Shown here in pieces: positions 24,447 to 32,175 of a stretch of 32,175 nucleotides of DNA. The stretch covers positions 1 to 32,175 of the forward strand of contig CAYPEZ010000006.1 in the NCBI GenBank assembly GCA_964409985.1, read 5' to 3'. Made by a program: the position numbers and the translations under genes. The stretch is from an uncultured Candidatus Saccharibacteria bacterium. Lineage in GTDB: Bacteria; Patescibacteriota; Minisyncoccia; Phycocordibacterales; UBA6899. The notes beneath the pieces were generated by a model. That model worked only from the letters and a program-made list of their open reading frames with translations. It was not told the DNA's origin and ran no database searches. Within the stretch, counting starts at the first letter, position 1; each line of letters starts with the position of its first letter.

Positions 24447-24489
24447 CGAAAACACATCGCTCGTCAGCAGACCTAGCGATGTGTTTTCG
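24447..24489. other. Perfect 14-bp inverted repeat with a 15-nt loop in a non-coding gap. It reads as a hairpin plus U-run on the minus strand.
   Basis: cgaaaacacatcgc (24447-60) pairs with gcgatgtgttttcg (24476-89). On the minus strand the stem is followed by tgtattttt. Confidence 0.7.
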
Positions 24490-24920
24490 AAAACCTGCAT
24501 TCGGTCTATACACGTGTGTAACAAACGTGGGTGGCTCAAGGTAAAGAAGGTCTCCTCAGTCTTCCTTGCCATATCGGCCCCCTAAAAAATGTTCATTGTG
24601 CCGAATGCATATGTATTGTCCTCCTGAATCAGAAGCATCGTCAAAAATTTTATAATATGGCTCTATCCAGCCGTTTTCCACAGCTTTATCCCCGAAAAAA
24701 GACTTCACTGTTGAAAACCCTGTGCATAAAAAGTGAATTTGCCCACAAATGAAAGGCGAAAAGAAGTATCACAGAGGAATGGTTTTCAGATTTTAAAGAA
24801 AATCCAAACTCCACAAAACCCGAGGTGGTGAGTAAATCAAGATTTTGGATGCAGTGTGCGAGAACATGTGACGGTCACGAAAGTGAATAATTTTCAGATT
24901 TTGATGAAATTCTAGGCGTC

Positions 24921-24970
24921 AAAATCAAAATACCCCAGAGCCATACTCTTGTATGGTGACGGGGTTTTTG
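24921..24970. terminator. Intrinsic terminator downstream of ndk (hairpin with internal loop, U-rich on both sides)
   Basis: cccc-agag-ccata / tatgg-tgac-gggg (24933-24964), flanked by aaaatcaaaata and tttttgatt. Confidence 0.6.
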
Positions 24971-25006
24971 ATTGTAGGCAACGACGAAGTTCGCAAAATC
25001 TGGAAA

Positions 25007-25618
25007 TTATTCCAAGATGCCGTCGAGGTTGACATCGTAGAGGATCGCCTCAGCTACCAAACGATAATCAATGAGTTCTTCTTTGTTGAGCCAGAGGTCA
25101 ATTTCACGCTTTGCCTCCCCTGCTTCATCTGAACAGTGCACGAGATTGCGGACGGCACGGTCATCAACAGTAGAAAGCGCATAAGAGTCCATTGTAAAGT
25201 CGCCACGAATAGTTCCAACATCACTTGTTGAAGGCTCTGTCCCGCCGACAAGTTTCTTCACAACTGTTACCGCTTGATTCCCCTCAAGGGCCATGACAAC
25301 GACGGGTCCCGATGTCATGAAGCCTGCAAGAGCTCGGATAATATCTTTTCCATACTCGACCGGCTCTTTCTCAATTTTCATACCGGCTTCTTTCAGATTG
25401 GCAACGATATTGTTCCCCTTTTTTAAGAACCACGCCTCATCTTTGTTGTAGTGATCCCAAATTTTCTTTTCATCAAGAACTGCCATTTTCATGGATACAA
25501 TCTTGAGACCTGCACGTTCAAATCGCTTGATAATTTCTCCAATAAGACCTCGCTGCACTGCATCGGGCTTAAGAATAACAAACGTGCGCTCCTTCTTTGG
25601 GTGAGGGTGGACTGCCAT
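25007..25618 (-). CDS. ndk: Nucleoside-diphosphate kinase, long form (about 30-aa internal insertion plus a C-terminal extension)
   Basis: RTFVILKPDAVQRGLIGEIIKRFERAGLKIV, FMTSGPVVVMALEG, TIRGDF and NLVHCSD (catalytic His). The ORF opens at TTG 25639; ATG 25618 is preferred. Confidence 0.9.
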   Translation of the reverse strand: MAVHPHPKKERTFVILKPDAVQRGLIGEIIKRFERAGLKIVSMKMAVLDEKKIWDHYNKDEAWFLKKGNNIVANLKEAGMKIEKEPVEYGKDIIRALAGFMTSGPVVVMALEGNQAVTVVKKLVGGTEPSTSDVGTIRGDFTMDSYALSTVDDRAVRNLVHCSDEAGEAKREIDLWLNKEELIDYRLVAEAILYDVNLDGILE

Positions 25619-25651
25619 AATGTCCAAAATATAGCACAAAATAGCCTATAT

Positions 25652-28516
25652 TCAAGAGGCAGTTGACGTTGGAGAGGATATTGATGAACGAACTGCTGGT
25701 TGAGTCTGCTGGGAGGCTGCGGGTTTCTGTGCGAGGACACTTGCGCTTGCGTACTTTGCGAGAATAATTTCGTCCACGGCGTGACGATCCTGTCCATATT
25801 TAAGATATGAAAGCGTTTTTATGTTTTCTACTTGCGAAGGTTCTCCTGGGCGAATATCGGGAGTGACGATATTAAATGGCGTTGAGGGAACACCGTTTAC
25901 CAACATTTTAACGTACGCATTACGATTATCGAGTGACATGATATCTTTTGCGGTAAATGTGGGTGAAAATTGTTTCTCAAGGAACTCAGCGTCTTCTGTC
26001 CCCACACGAAATGTCACCATATTCCCTACGTTACCAAAGACACTGTCCCTGATGCCCTCCTCGAGTTGAGCAAGAAACTGGTGAGCGACAGTGAGCGAGA
26101 GTCCGTATTTTCGAGCCTCAGAGAGTATGGCTGAGATGGAATCTGTCGTGACATTTTGGAATTCATCGATATAGAGATAAAAGGGTGGGAGCTGTTTCCC
26201 ATACGAATCGACGCGAGAGAGAGCAGCCATGAGAATCTTCCCCACGAGGATAAGACCAATGAGATTCGCATTGATGTCTCCGAGCTTCCCTTTCGCAAGA
26301 TTGACGAGGAGAATTTTGCGATTATCCATGAGATCTCTGAAGTTGAATGAGCTTTTCTCCTGGGCAATAATTGGACGCATGATATCGTTCGACAAGAAGA
26401 CGTCGAATTTGTTGGTGATATAAGGCACCATGTTCGCAAGTCCTGATTCTCCACTCGTCTTCTCCGCGATCTCTCGCCAGAATTGGACGACAATCGGATT
26501 TTTGCATTTGGAGAGCTTCAACGCGCGGAAATTCTTGTCTGCGAGGACACGGGAGATCTCAAGGACGGTGTTTCCTGTCTCAGGATCATCCATGACGAGC
26601 ATGGTGGCATTTCGAAAATACTGTTCGAATGCAGGACCCATCGACTCGGGAACTGCCGCATAGAGTTTCTTGAAAATCGAGAGGAGCTCATTGACGACGA
26701 AGATCTTCTGCTGCGGATCGCGCACATCATATTCCAGCATATTGAGCCCGAAGGGGCGTGGCGCATAGCTCGGGTCAAAGTAAATCACATCATCAATGCG
26801 CTCTTTTGGAATCTGCGCAAGAATATCTTGGACATCAGTCCCGTGCGGGTCGATAAAACACGCACCGTCTCCCCTCATAATGTCATCGATAATCATGCGC
26901 TGAAGGAGCTTGGACTTTCCGGTCCCCGTCTGTCCTATGACATACATATGGCGCAAACGATCGATAGGGCCGATGCGGACCTCGGTCGCCTTCCCTTGAT
27001 AGGTATTAACCCCAATAAGCACACCATCAGAAACGGTATTTGTCGCAACAGGAGCGTAAGACGCTTTTGTCTGGGTCAACTGTGGGGCCACCTTGGCTTC
27101 AACCATTGCTGGGAAATGATATAACGTGGCGCACTCTTTGGTATTGAGATAGACAATTTCGTCCTCGTCAGCGAGTCGATATGTGAAATGATATAACAGT
27201 GATTCAAGGCGAGATTTTTCAACGTGGCGAAAACGAATCCTCCCCCCTTCTGCATCAGTAAACTGAGAGAAGGCTGATTCAAGATGATTCACAATCTCAC
27301 GAGTACGTTCATGCGTCCCCGCTGAAGCAACAACACGAAGATTCGCCATAACAATTTGCTTAGAGAGTTTTTCTTCAACTTTTTTGATTATTCCCTCGTC
27401 AACAGTTGGGGGTTTGTCTTCTTTTTTCTTTTGGTCTTGCGTAAATAATGTTTCACCAATCGTTCGAGAAAGAGATGAGAAAGTCGAGAGAGGTAGGTCG
27501 AGTGCTTCTCGGGGTTTCTTCTTTCCTTTCTTTATTGAAGAGAGTCCCTCTCGAAGACGTTCTGAAAATACGTGGCTTCCAGGAATAAGAACAAACTGTA
27601 TGGCCGCGCCTTCTCCGTCGCGCTCAAGATGAGTGAAGGCATTCAAAATGACTTTGATTGGATCTTCATCGTATTCAGAAGTCCGGATAGGAAGAACTGC
27701 GCTAGACGAACCCGTGCGTTCAAACAACGGATTTGTGAGTGTTGCGTAGGATCCAGAGGCTTTCCCAAATTCATTAAAGACATTGTAGTCATCGTGACGA
27801 AGTTCAGCTTTTGCGGTTGGAAAGAGTGCAAGCAAGTGTTTTACAAAGAGGTCTGAAAGATGCGCAGGAACTCCAATAAAAAATTCAATTGCGTGTGAAA
27901 AATTTGATTGAGCAATCTCAAATGTGAATACCACACCCTTCCCTTCACTTTTTCCGACAGCAAGAAGCCCGAGATAGAGCTGCTCCATGACCGACATAAG
28001 TGCTCGAATTTCTTCTGTTTTTTGTTTTACCTCTCCAGGAAGTAGTGGAGGAAGAGAAACAGCAAATGTATTCATGTGGAGTGCTCGGTCCAAGAGTTTT
28101 TCCTTTTCAAGTCCTGGAATCAGACCGCCGTGAGATATATATTCAACGAGCACACGATGAAAATCATCCTCAAGATGTGGACTCTGGAGCCCTCGGGAAA
28201 CCTTGATGGCGTATGCGATTCCCTTTTGTGCGAGATACTGATATAGCTCGCGCATTCGCTCTCGATGAGGGAGTGAGGAGAGATGCCCGACCGCACTTTC
28301 AAATTCCTGATTATCTGTAATGTGTTTTTCTTGAGAGGCGGCAACTTTGGCATACTCATGCACAACCTGAGAAACAGCAGCCTGAGTGTCCGTCGGGACA
28401 CTATCTTCCCATGACTGATGGTCAATCTCTGCAACTCGCGTGCGCAGGTACTTGAGCTCTTCTTCTGGAGAAGAAAAGGTCGGTAGTTCTATCCGCGCTC
28501 CCTCTTTAGGTTCCAC
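25652..28516 (-). CDS. Large soluble P-loop NTPase. The C-terminal half is VirD4/TraD/TrwB-like (T4 coupling-protein type, FtsK/HerA superfamily). The N-terminal ~500 aa are unassigned.
   Basis: GTG start. Walker A YVIGQTGTGKSKLL (about 26912-26938), then FIDPHGTD and IYFDPS...PFGLNMLE. Walker B YLYIDEFQNV (about 26152-26181). LTVAHQFLAQL...GNVGNMVTFRVGTEDAEFL. No TM segment occurs anywhere in the 954 aa. Confidence 0.8.
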   Translation of the reverse strand: MEPKEGARIELPTFSSPEEELKYLRTRVAEIDHQSWEDSVPTDTQAAVSQVVHEYAKVAASQEKHITDNQEFESAVGHLSSLPHRERMRELYQYLAQKGIAYAIKVSRGLQSPHLEDDFHRVLVEYISHGGLIPGLEKEKLLDRALHMNTFAVSLPPLLPGEVKQKTEEIRALMSVMEQLYLGLLAVGKSEGKGVVFTFEIAQSNFSHAIEFFIGVPAHLSDLFVKHLLALFPTAKAELRHDDYNVFNEFGKASGSYATLTNPLFERTGSSSAVLPIRTSEYDEDPIKVILNAFTHLERDGEGAAIQFVLIPGSHVFSERLREGLSSIKKGKKKPREALDLPLSTFSSLSRTIGETLFTQDQKKKEDKPPTVDEGIIKKVEEKLSKQIVMANLRVVASAGTHERTREIVNHLESAFSQFTDAEGGRIRFRHVEKSRLESLLYHFTYRLADEDEIVYLNTKECATLYHFPAMVEAKVAPQLTQTKASYAPVATNTVSDGVLIGVNTYQGKATEVRIGPIDRLRHMYVIGQTGTGKSKLLQRMIIDDIMRGDGACFIDPHGTDVQDILAQIPKERIDDVIYFDPSYAPRPFGLNMLEYDVRDPQQKIFVVNELLSIFKKLYAAVPESMGPAFEQYFRNATMLVMDDPETGNTVLEISRVLADKNFRALKLSKCKNPIVVQFWREIAEKTSGESGLANMVPYITNKFDVFLSNDIMRPIIAQEKSSFNFRDLMDNRKILLVNLAKGKLGDINANLIGLILVGKILMAALSRVDSYGKQLPPFYLYIDEFQNVTTDSISAILSEARKYGLSLTVAHQFLAQLEEGIRDSVFGNVGNMVTFRVGTEDAEFLEKQFSPTFTAKDIMSLDNRNAYVKMLVNGVPSTPFNIVTPDIRPGEPSQVENIKTLSYLKYGQDRHAVDEIILAKYASASVLAQKPAASQQTQPAVRSSISSPTSTAS

Positions 28517-28555
28517 TGGGCAATATTATATGACACCGGAGAGAAAACCCCAAGA

Positions 28556-30157
28556 CTATGTTCTTAACTGATCTTTCTTTTCTTTAAGAAGAGAGGAGAA
28601 GGAGTCAATCACATCAAGGGCAAGTTGGTACGGGGTTTCAATAATAAAGTCGAGGATAAAGACCATGACATTCGCATAATCAAATTTCCTGATAAGCCAC
28701 CTCCCCATAAGGACAATAGGGAGCGTCAGCACATCAACAAAGAATGCCCCCGCTTTCTCTGGCCCCCCAGAAAGAACCCATTGTTGTGCACGCACTCGAA
28801 TACGGTATCCAAAAAACGAGACAAGAACAAGGAAAAGGAGGAAGAAGCCGATCCCCAAAATGTTGAAATGGAGAGCAACGAGAACCTTTAAAATAATGAA
28901 GAGAATCGTAAGGAGAACCGCACCATAAAGCCCAAAGGCAATCTCTTTCAAGAGGGACGTTTTGGGAGCGGCAATAAAGATACGTTCTCGTTTCCCCCCA
29001 TCAACAATTCCATTGAGAAACTGTGCGACCCGCTCAGTATTTGCCTCCTTTGGGAACCTGACACCCATAGTGACCAAAAAAAGAAGAACAGGGTGAAAGA
29101 CAATATTAATAAGGAGAGGGATGGGGTTGATCCCTTTTTTTGCGATAAACATATCATACGGAACCTCAAGGCCAATGGCGAGTATGGTTTTTGTGGCAAA
29201 AATATACACAATCGCCTGAAGTGCGCTCCGAGAAATCCGTTTCTCTTCTTCGCGATATTTCCCCGAGAGAATAATGCGTGCCTCCCGTTCAATGTCTTCG
29301 TGGTGTGAAAGGAGCTTTTCCCGACCTTCTGGAGAAGGTTCTTTTTTGAGAGATTCGTATAAAATACGGTACGCTATGGCATCATTGCGAGACAGACCTA
29401 GAAGTTGATCGCCAATGGGTAAACCGATTTGTGCTGAAAGAAGTCGTTCATCTTGAGGAAAGGCCTGAGCAATTTCTTGGAGTGTTTGGTCATCTACGCC
29501 CCCTAGCCATGCGGGATAGCGCATAAGCCAAAGTCGATAAAAAAGTCCCGCAGGTTCACTTTGAAAGAGAGACCGCCACGAACAAAGATAGAGTTGAATT
29601 TCCCGTGTTTTTCCTGGGAATTGTTCTTCGATTACTACTCGCTCATCAAGCATTCGATAGAATGCGTGCACCATAGCTTCTTCACGAATCGTCGGAAACA
29701 AATATTCTTCAATCTCACTTGAGCAGAGGTGGAGCATGCGCTTTTTCCAGTGCCCACTGTTTGGGTGTTCCGGACAACGAACAGCAACAAGGTCAGCAAA
29801 ACGGAAAACTTTTGTAATGATGACATCAATGTCTTGGATGATACGCTCAGGAAATGTATCGTTTGGCAAATATCCCGCTCGGATGAGCTCAATAAGAAGC
29901 GCTTCAGCGATTTTCTCTCCCCGATAATCAAACATGAGCATGCGACGAAGCATGCGCTCAATCGCATTGCGTCGAAGAAGATGCTCGTCTTTATTATCAA
30001 CGGCGTAACGCACTTTTTCATAAAATAGTGCTGCCTTGGATGCGACTGCGCTTACTTTGAGCCTAGGTTCGCCATCACGAGCGATGAGCCGGTCTTCCCG
30101 TTCCTGATGAGATCGAAATTCCCCAAGTAGGGCCTCCATTTCAGGGTTTTTGAGCAT
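28556..30157 (-). CDS. Hypothetical polytopic membrane protein: a helical cytoplasmic N-terminal region of about 330 aa plus about 6 TM segments
   Basis: 533-aa ORF with ATG start. TM-like segments include AIVYIFATKTILAIGL, IPLLINIVFHPVLLFLVTMGV, FGLYGAVLLTILFIILKVLVAL, ILGIGFFLLFLVLVSFFGY, FFVDVLTLPIVLMG and VMVFILDFII. It lies 39 nt upstream of the ATPase gene. No family was recognised. Confidence 0.8.
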   Translation of the reverse strand: MLKNPEMEALLGEFRSHQEREDRLIARDGEPRLKVSAVASKAALFYEKVRYAVDNKDEHLLRRNAIERMLRRMLMFDYRGEKIAEALLIELIRAGYLPNDTFPERIIQDIDVIITKVFRFADLVAVRCPEHPNSGHWKKRMLHLCSSEIEEYLFPTIREEAMVHAFYRMLDERVVIEEQFPGKTREIQLYLCSWRSLFQSEPAGLFYRLWLMRYPAWLGGVDDQTLQEIAQAFPQDERLLSAQIGLPIGDQLLGLSRNDAIAYRILYESLKKEPSPEGREKLLSHHEDIEREARIILSGKYREEEKRISRSALQAIVYIFATKTILAIGLEVPYDMFIAKKGINPIPLLINIVFHPVLLFLVTMGVRFPKEANTERVAQFLNGIVDGGKRERIFIAAPKTSLLKEIAFGLYGAVLLTILFIILKVLVALHFNILGIGFFLLFLVLVSFFGYRIRVRAQQWVLSGGPEKAGAFFVDVLTLPIVLMGRWLIRKFDYANVMVFILDFIIETPYQLALDVIDSFSSLLKEKKDQLRT

Positions 30158-30247
30158 GTACGACTATTATACACGAGCTCACTCCTATTGATAACTTCGT
30201 CAAGGAACGCCATACTACCAATGGAAGTTCTGTACGGAGGACTGCCC

Positions 30248-30496
30248 ATGTCAGTATTTACTGCTCTTGTTGGCTGGCTCATAGGAACCATGGTTCCCTT
30301 GGCGCTTGCCGCTGGATGTCTTTGGGCAATTTTTGCGAAAGTTGTTCCAAGGATAGGCGAACTGTCCATGCATCAGACGTCAGGAGAAGAAATATATTTT
30401 GGACTTCTCTACGCAGCAGCCGCACTGGGATTGGCTTTCGTCGCAATCATTCTTGCTGCCTACGCCCTCGTGAGAAACTGGCGTATGTGGAAATAA
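30248..30496 (+). CDS. Hypothetical small membrane protein (3 TM-like segments)
   Basis: The ORF opens at TTG 30188. ATG 30248 has GGAGG 7 nt upstream and is preferred. The sequence is MSVFTALVGWLIGTMVPLALAAGCLWAIFAKV...FGLLYAAAALGLAFVAIILAAYALV. A weak hairpin follows (30502-30525). Confidence 0.55.
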   Translation: MSVFTALVGWLIGTMVPLALAAGCLWAIFAKVVPRIGELSMHQTSGEEIYFGLLYAAAALGLAFVAIILAAYALVRNWRMWK

Positions 30497-30525
30497 ATAT
30501 TCACCCTCGGCTTCTGTCGGGGGTG

Positions 30526-31299
30526 TTATGTTGTCAGAATCTCTGGCTTACCTTCAGTGATAAGAATTGTGTGCTCAAAATGAGCTGCGAGTGATCCATC
30601 TTGAGTCACGATGGTATACCCATCTTCGAGTGTTTCGATATATCGCTTTCCTAGGGTAAACATGGGTTCAATGGCCAAAATCATTCCTGGCTTTAGGAGC
30701 GTCCCCTCGCCTTTTTTCCCATAATTTGGAACATATGGATCTTCGTGTACATGGTACCCAACACCATGACCCGCAAGCTCACGAATAACTCCGTATTTCT
30801 CTTTCTTCGCAACCGCCTCTACCGCTGCGCCTATATCTCCAGTGTGTGCTCCGCCACGGGCAGCAGCAATACCAGCCATGAGTGCTTCTTCAGTACGAGA
30901 TAGTAATTTTTGAAGACGCACGGAAATGTTCCCAACCGGAACAGAGATAGCCGCATCAGTAATCATTCCCTTGTGGGTGAGTCCAAGATCAAGCCCAACA
31001 ATATCCCCCTCTTGAAGTACGCGATTTCCAGGAATACCGTGAACGATTTCGTCATTCACTGAAATACAGATACTCGCTGGAAATGGTTCGTCAGCACCGT
31101 ATGGCTGATACCCTTTAAATGAGGGAATATCACCACCTGCTCTGATCATCTCTTCGGCAATCGTGTCCAGTTCTTGCGTCATTATCCCAGGCCGTACAGC
31201 TTCCCCTACAGCGCGGAGTACGCGCCCCAGTCGCTTCCCACTTTCTCGGAGAAGCTCAATCTCTGCGGGTGTTTTTACTGTAACTCCCATGCGGGACAT
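30526..31299 (-). CDS. map: Methionine aminopeptidase, type I
   Basis: KTPAEIELLRESGK, SVNDEIVHGIPG, GDIVGLDLG, HGVGYHVHEDP, MILAIEPM and HFEHTILIT. All five metal-ligand positions are present. Confidence 0.94.
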   Translation of the reverse strand: MSRMGVTVKTPAEIELLRESGKRLGRVLRAVGEAVRPGIMTQELDTIAEEMIRAGGDIPSFKGYQPYGADEPFPASICISVNDEIVHGIPGNRVLQEGDIVGLDLGLTHKGMITDAAISVPVGNISVRLQKLLSRTEEALMAGIAAARGGAHTGDIGAAVEAVAKKEKYGVIRELAGHGVGYHVHEDPYVPNYGKKGEGTLLKPGMILAIEPMFTLGKRYIETLEDGYTIVTQDGSLAAHFEHTILITEGKPEILTT

Positions 31300-31307
31300 A
31301 GATTTCG

Positions 31308-31925
31308 CTATCCTACCCTGTCATCTGGAAAAATGCGAGCAACGAGTTCTTTGTGGACCTCCTCGATTGGTCGTGTTCCATCAATCTCCAAAAAATCATA
31401 ATCTCTGTCTCTTTTGTAGTAGGCAATCGCAGGTCTCACATCAATATCAAACCATGAGAGACGTTTTTCAATTGATTCTGGTGTGTCGTCTTTTCTGCCT
31501 TCTCGTTTTGCACGGTCAAGAAGATGCTCTCGAGACCACCGACGCGGAACATTGAGATAGATCACTGTTGGTTGCTTTCGATTAAAAAATTTCATTGCAA
31601 GATCCAGATTTTGCGCCTCATTGAGCGAACGAGGTGATCCATCCAAAATAATATGTTCTTTGCCTTTCAAGTTTTTTATGAATGTATCTGCCCAAATCCA
31701 CATTGCCAAAAAATCCGGTTGACGGTCTCCAACATCTTGTGCGTGTTTTGCAATAGACGCAGCGTAATTATCAGTTTTTACAAAATCACGAAAATACTGA
31801 CCAGTCTGCATAATAAACACTGGGTGTTCCGCATCGCGCCGCTTGAGTTCCTCCTCGAGAAGGCGGACCTGCGTGCCCTTCCCCGATCCTGATGCCCCAA
31901 TGAAGATAAACGTTCGAAGTTCCAT
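31308..31925 (-). CDS. adk: Adenylate kinase (short form without a zinc-lid)
   Basis: P-loop FIGASGSGKGTQ, ILDGSPRSLNEAQ, RAKREGRKDDTPESIEKRL and AIAYYK. ATG 31925 (MELRTFIFIG) is preferred over TTG 31943. The gene lies directly upstream of map, as in many bacteria. Confidence 0.85.
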   Translation of the reverse strand: MELRTFIFIGASGSGKGTQVRLLEEELKRRDAEHPVFIMQTGQYFRDFVKTDNYAASIAKHAQDVGDRQPDFLAMWIWADTFIKNLKGKEHIILDGSPRSLNEAQNLDLAMKFFNRKQPTVIYLNVPRRWSREHLLDRAKREGRKDDTPESIEKRLSWFDIDVRPAIAYYKRDRDYDFLEIDGTRPIEEVHKELVARIFPDDRVG

Positions 31926-32175
31926 GTTTACACTATAACACAAGAGTGGTAGGATGCCTTGGTCGAAAAAGGAGAAAGGGTCAATGTTTCAGAAATCAGG
32001 TTCCTGGATACCACAAACGACGAACAATGTGCACTCCCAAAAGGATGATGCAAAACAATTCGAAGAGGGTCTCGCAAGGAATTTGCAGCAATGGACGAAG
32101 TCTCGTCAGCCAATATACCCAATGCAGCAAACGCAGCTACGCCCCCCGGGTCTCAAGAAGAGAACTTAATTACAG

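Noticed and set aside
24285-24572. 95-aa ORF on the minus strand, with AGGGGG 5 nt before its ATG
   Set aside because: It must read straight through the perfect 14-bp hairpin and its U-run. Its composition is not protein-like and no motif was recognised. It is too weak to annotate.
24199-25006. tRNA, tmRNA, RNase P RNA, SRP RNA or a chromosomal origin in the large non-coding gap
   Set aside because: I found none of the conserved RNA motifs: no T-loop GTTCGAATC-type arm with a matching stem, no GGAAAGTCCGG (the RNase P P4 strand), no GGAAGCAGCC-like SRP motif and no tmRNA CCA-end structure. Only one 9-mer fits a relaxed DnaA box, and no dnaA or dnaN gene is nearby. The gap is kept as an open finding rather than a call.
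31954-32169. 71-aa (or 61-aa, from ATG 31984 with GGAG 9 nt upstream) Gln/Lys-rich ORF at the right edge, divergent from adk
   Set aside because: The RBS is plausible, but the sequence is low-complexity with no recognisable domain and the ORF lies next to the window edge, so I cannot support it. No SecY-like C-terminus is encoded upstream of adk either.
1-32175. Mobile elements, prophage, restriction-modification, toxin-antitoxin, Cas or other known defence genes; alternative genetic code
   Set aside because: No transposase, integrase, recombinase, terminal-inverted-repeat, methyltransferase or nuclease motifs were recognised on either strand. All conserved genes are intact with TGA as a stop, so code 11 rather than code 25 or 4.

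Overview
This is a 32.2-kb, gene-dense bacterial chromosome segment. The long ORFs stay intact with TGA as a stop, so it reads with the standard code. I can support about 33 protein-coding genes and about 10 hairpin terminators. I found no rRNA, tRNA, CRISPR array, transposase, integrase, or recognisable phage or defence gene. All family calls come from motif recognition by eye; no searches were run.

Housekeeping genes:
- rarA, lexA, NAD(P)-malic enzyme, infC-rpmI-rplT, ung, a beta-CASP/MBL RNase, ndk, map and adk
- a ClpP-family protease
- a tesA-like / ybbA-like / ybbP-like trio

Cell-surface and secreted proteins are interleaved with these. Many carry Pro/Thr linkers, a style I associate (inference only) with small-genome uncultivated lineages such as Patescibacteria/CPR.

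Loci that deserve follow-up:
1. 12535-14976: an apparently extracellular protein with four tandem cytochrome b5-like haem domains. A single-domain paralog lies at 10629-11345.
2. 16886-19500: a self-contained two-gene exported module with its own promoter and terminator. It pairs a LysM, Cys-rich membrane protein with a signal-peptide protein carrying GSGNSxQSQS repeats.
3. 25652-30157: a soluble VirD4/TraD-like P-loop ATPase with a large unassigned N-terminal half, paired with an unassigned 533-aa polytopic membrane protein. No other secretion or conjugation genes are in the window.
4. 24199-25006: an unusually long (about 0.8 kb) non-coding gap containing strong hairpins.
5. Several genes have a -10-like hexamer 6-9 nt upstream of the start codon, suggesting leaderless transcripts.
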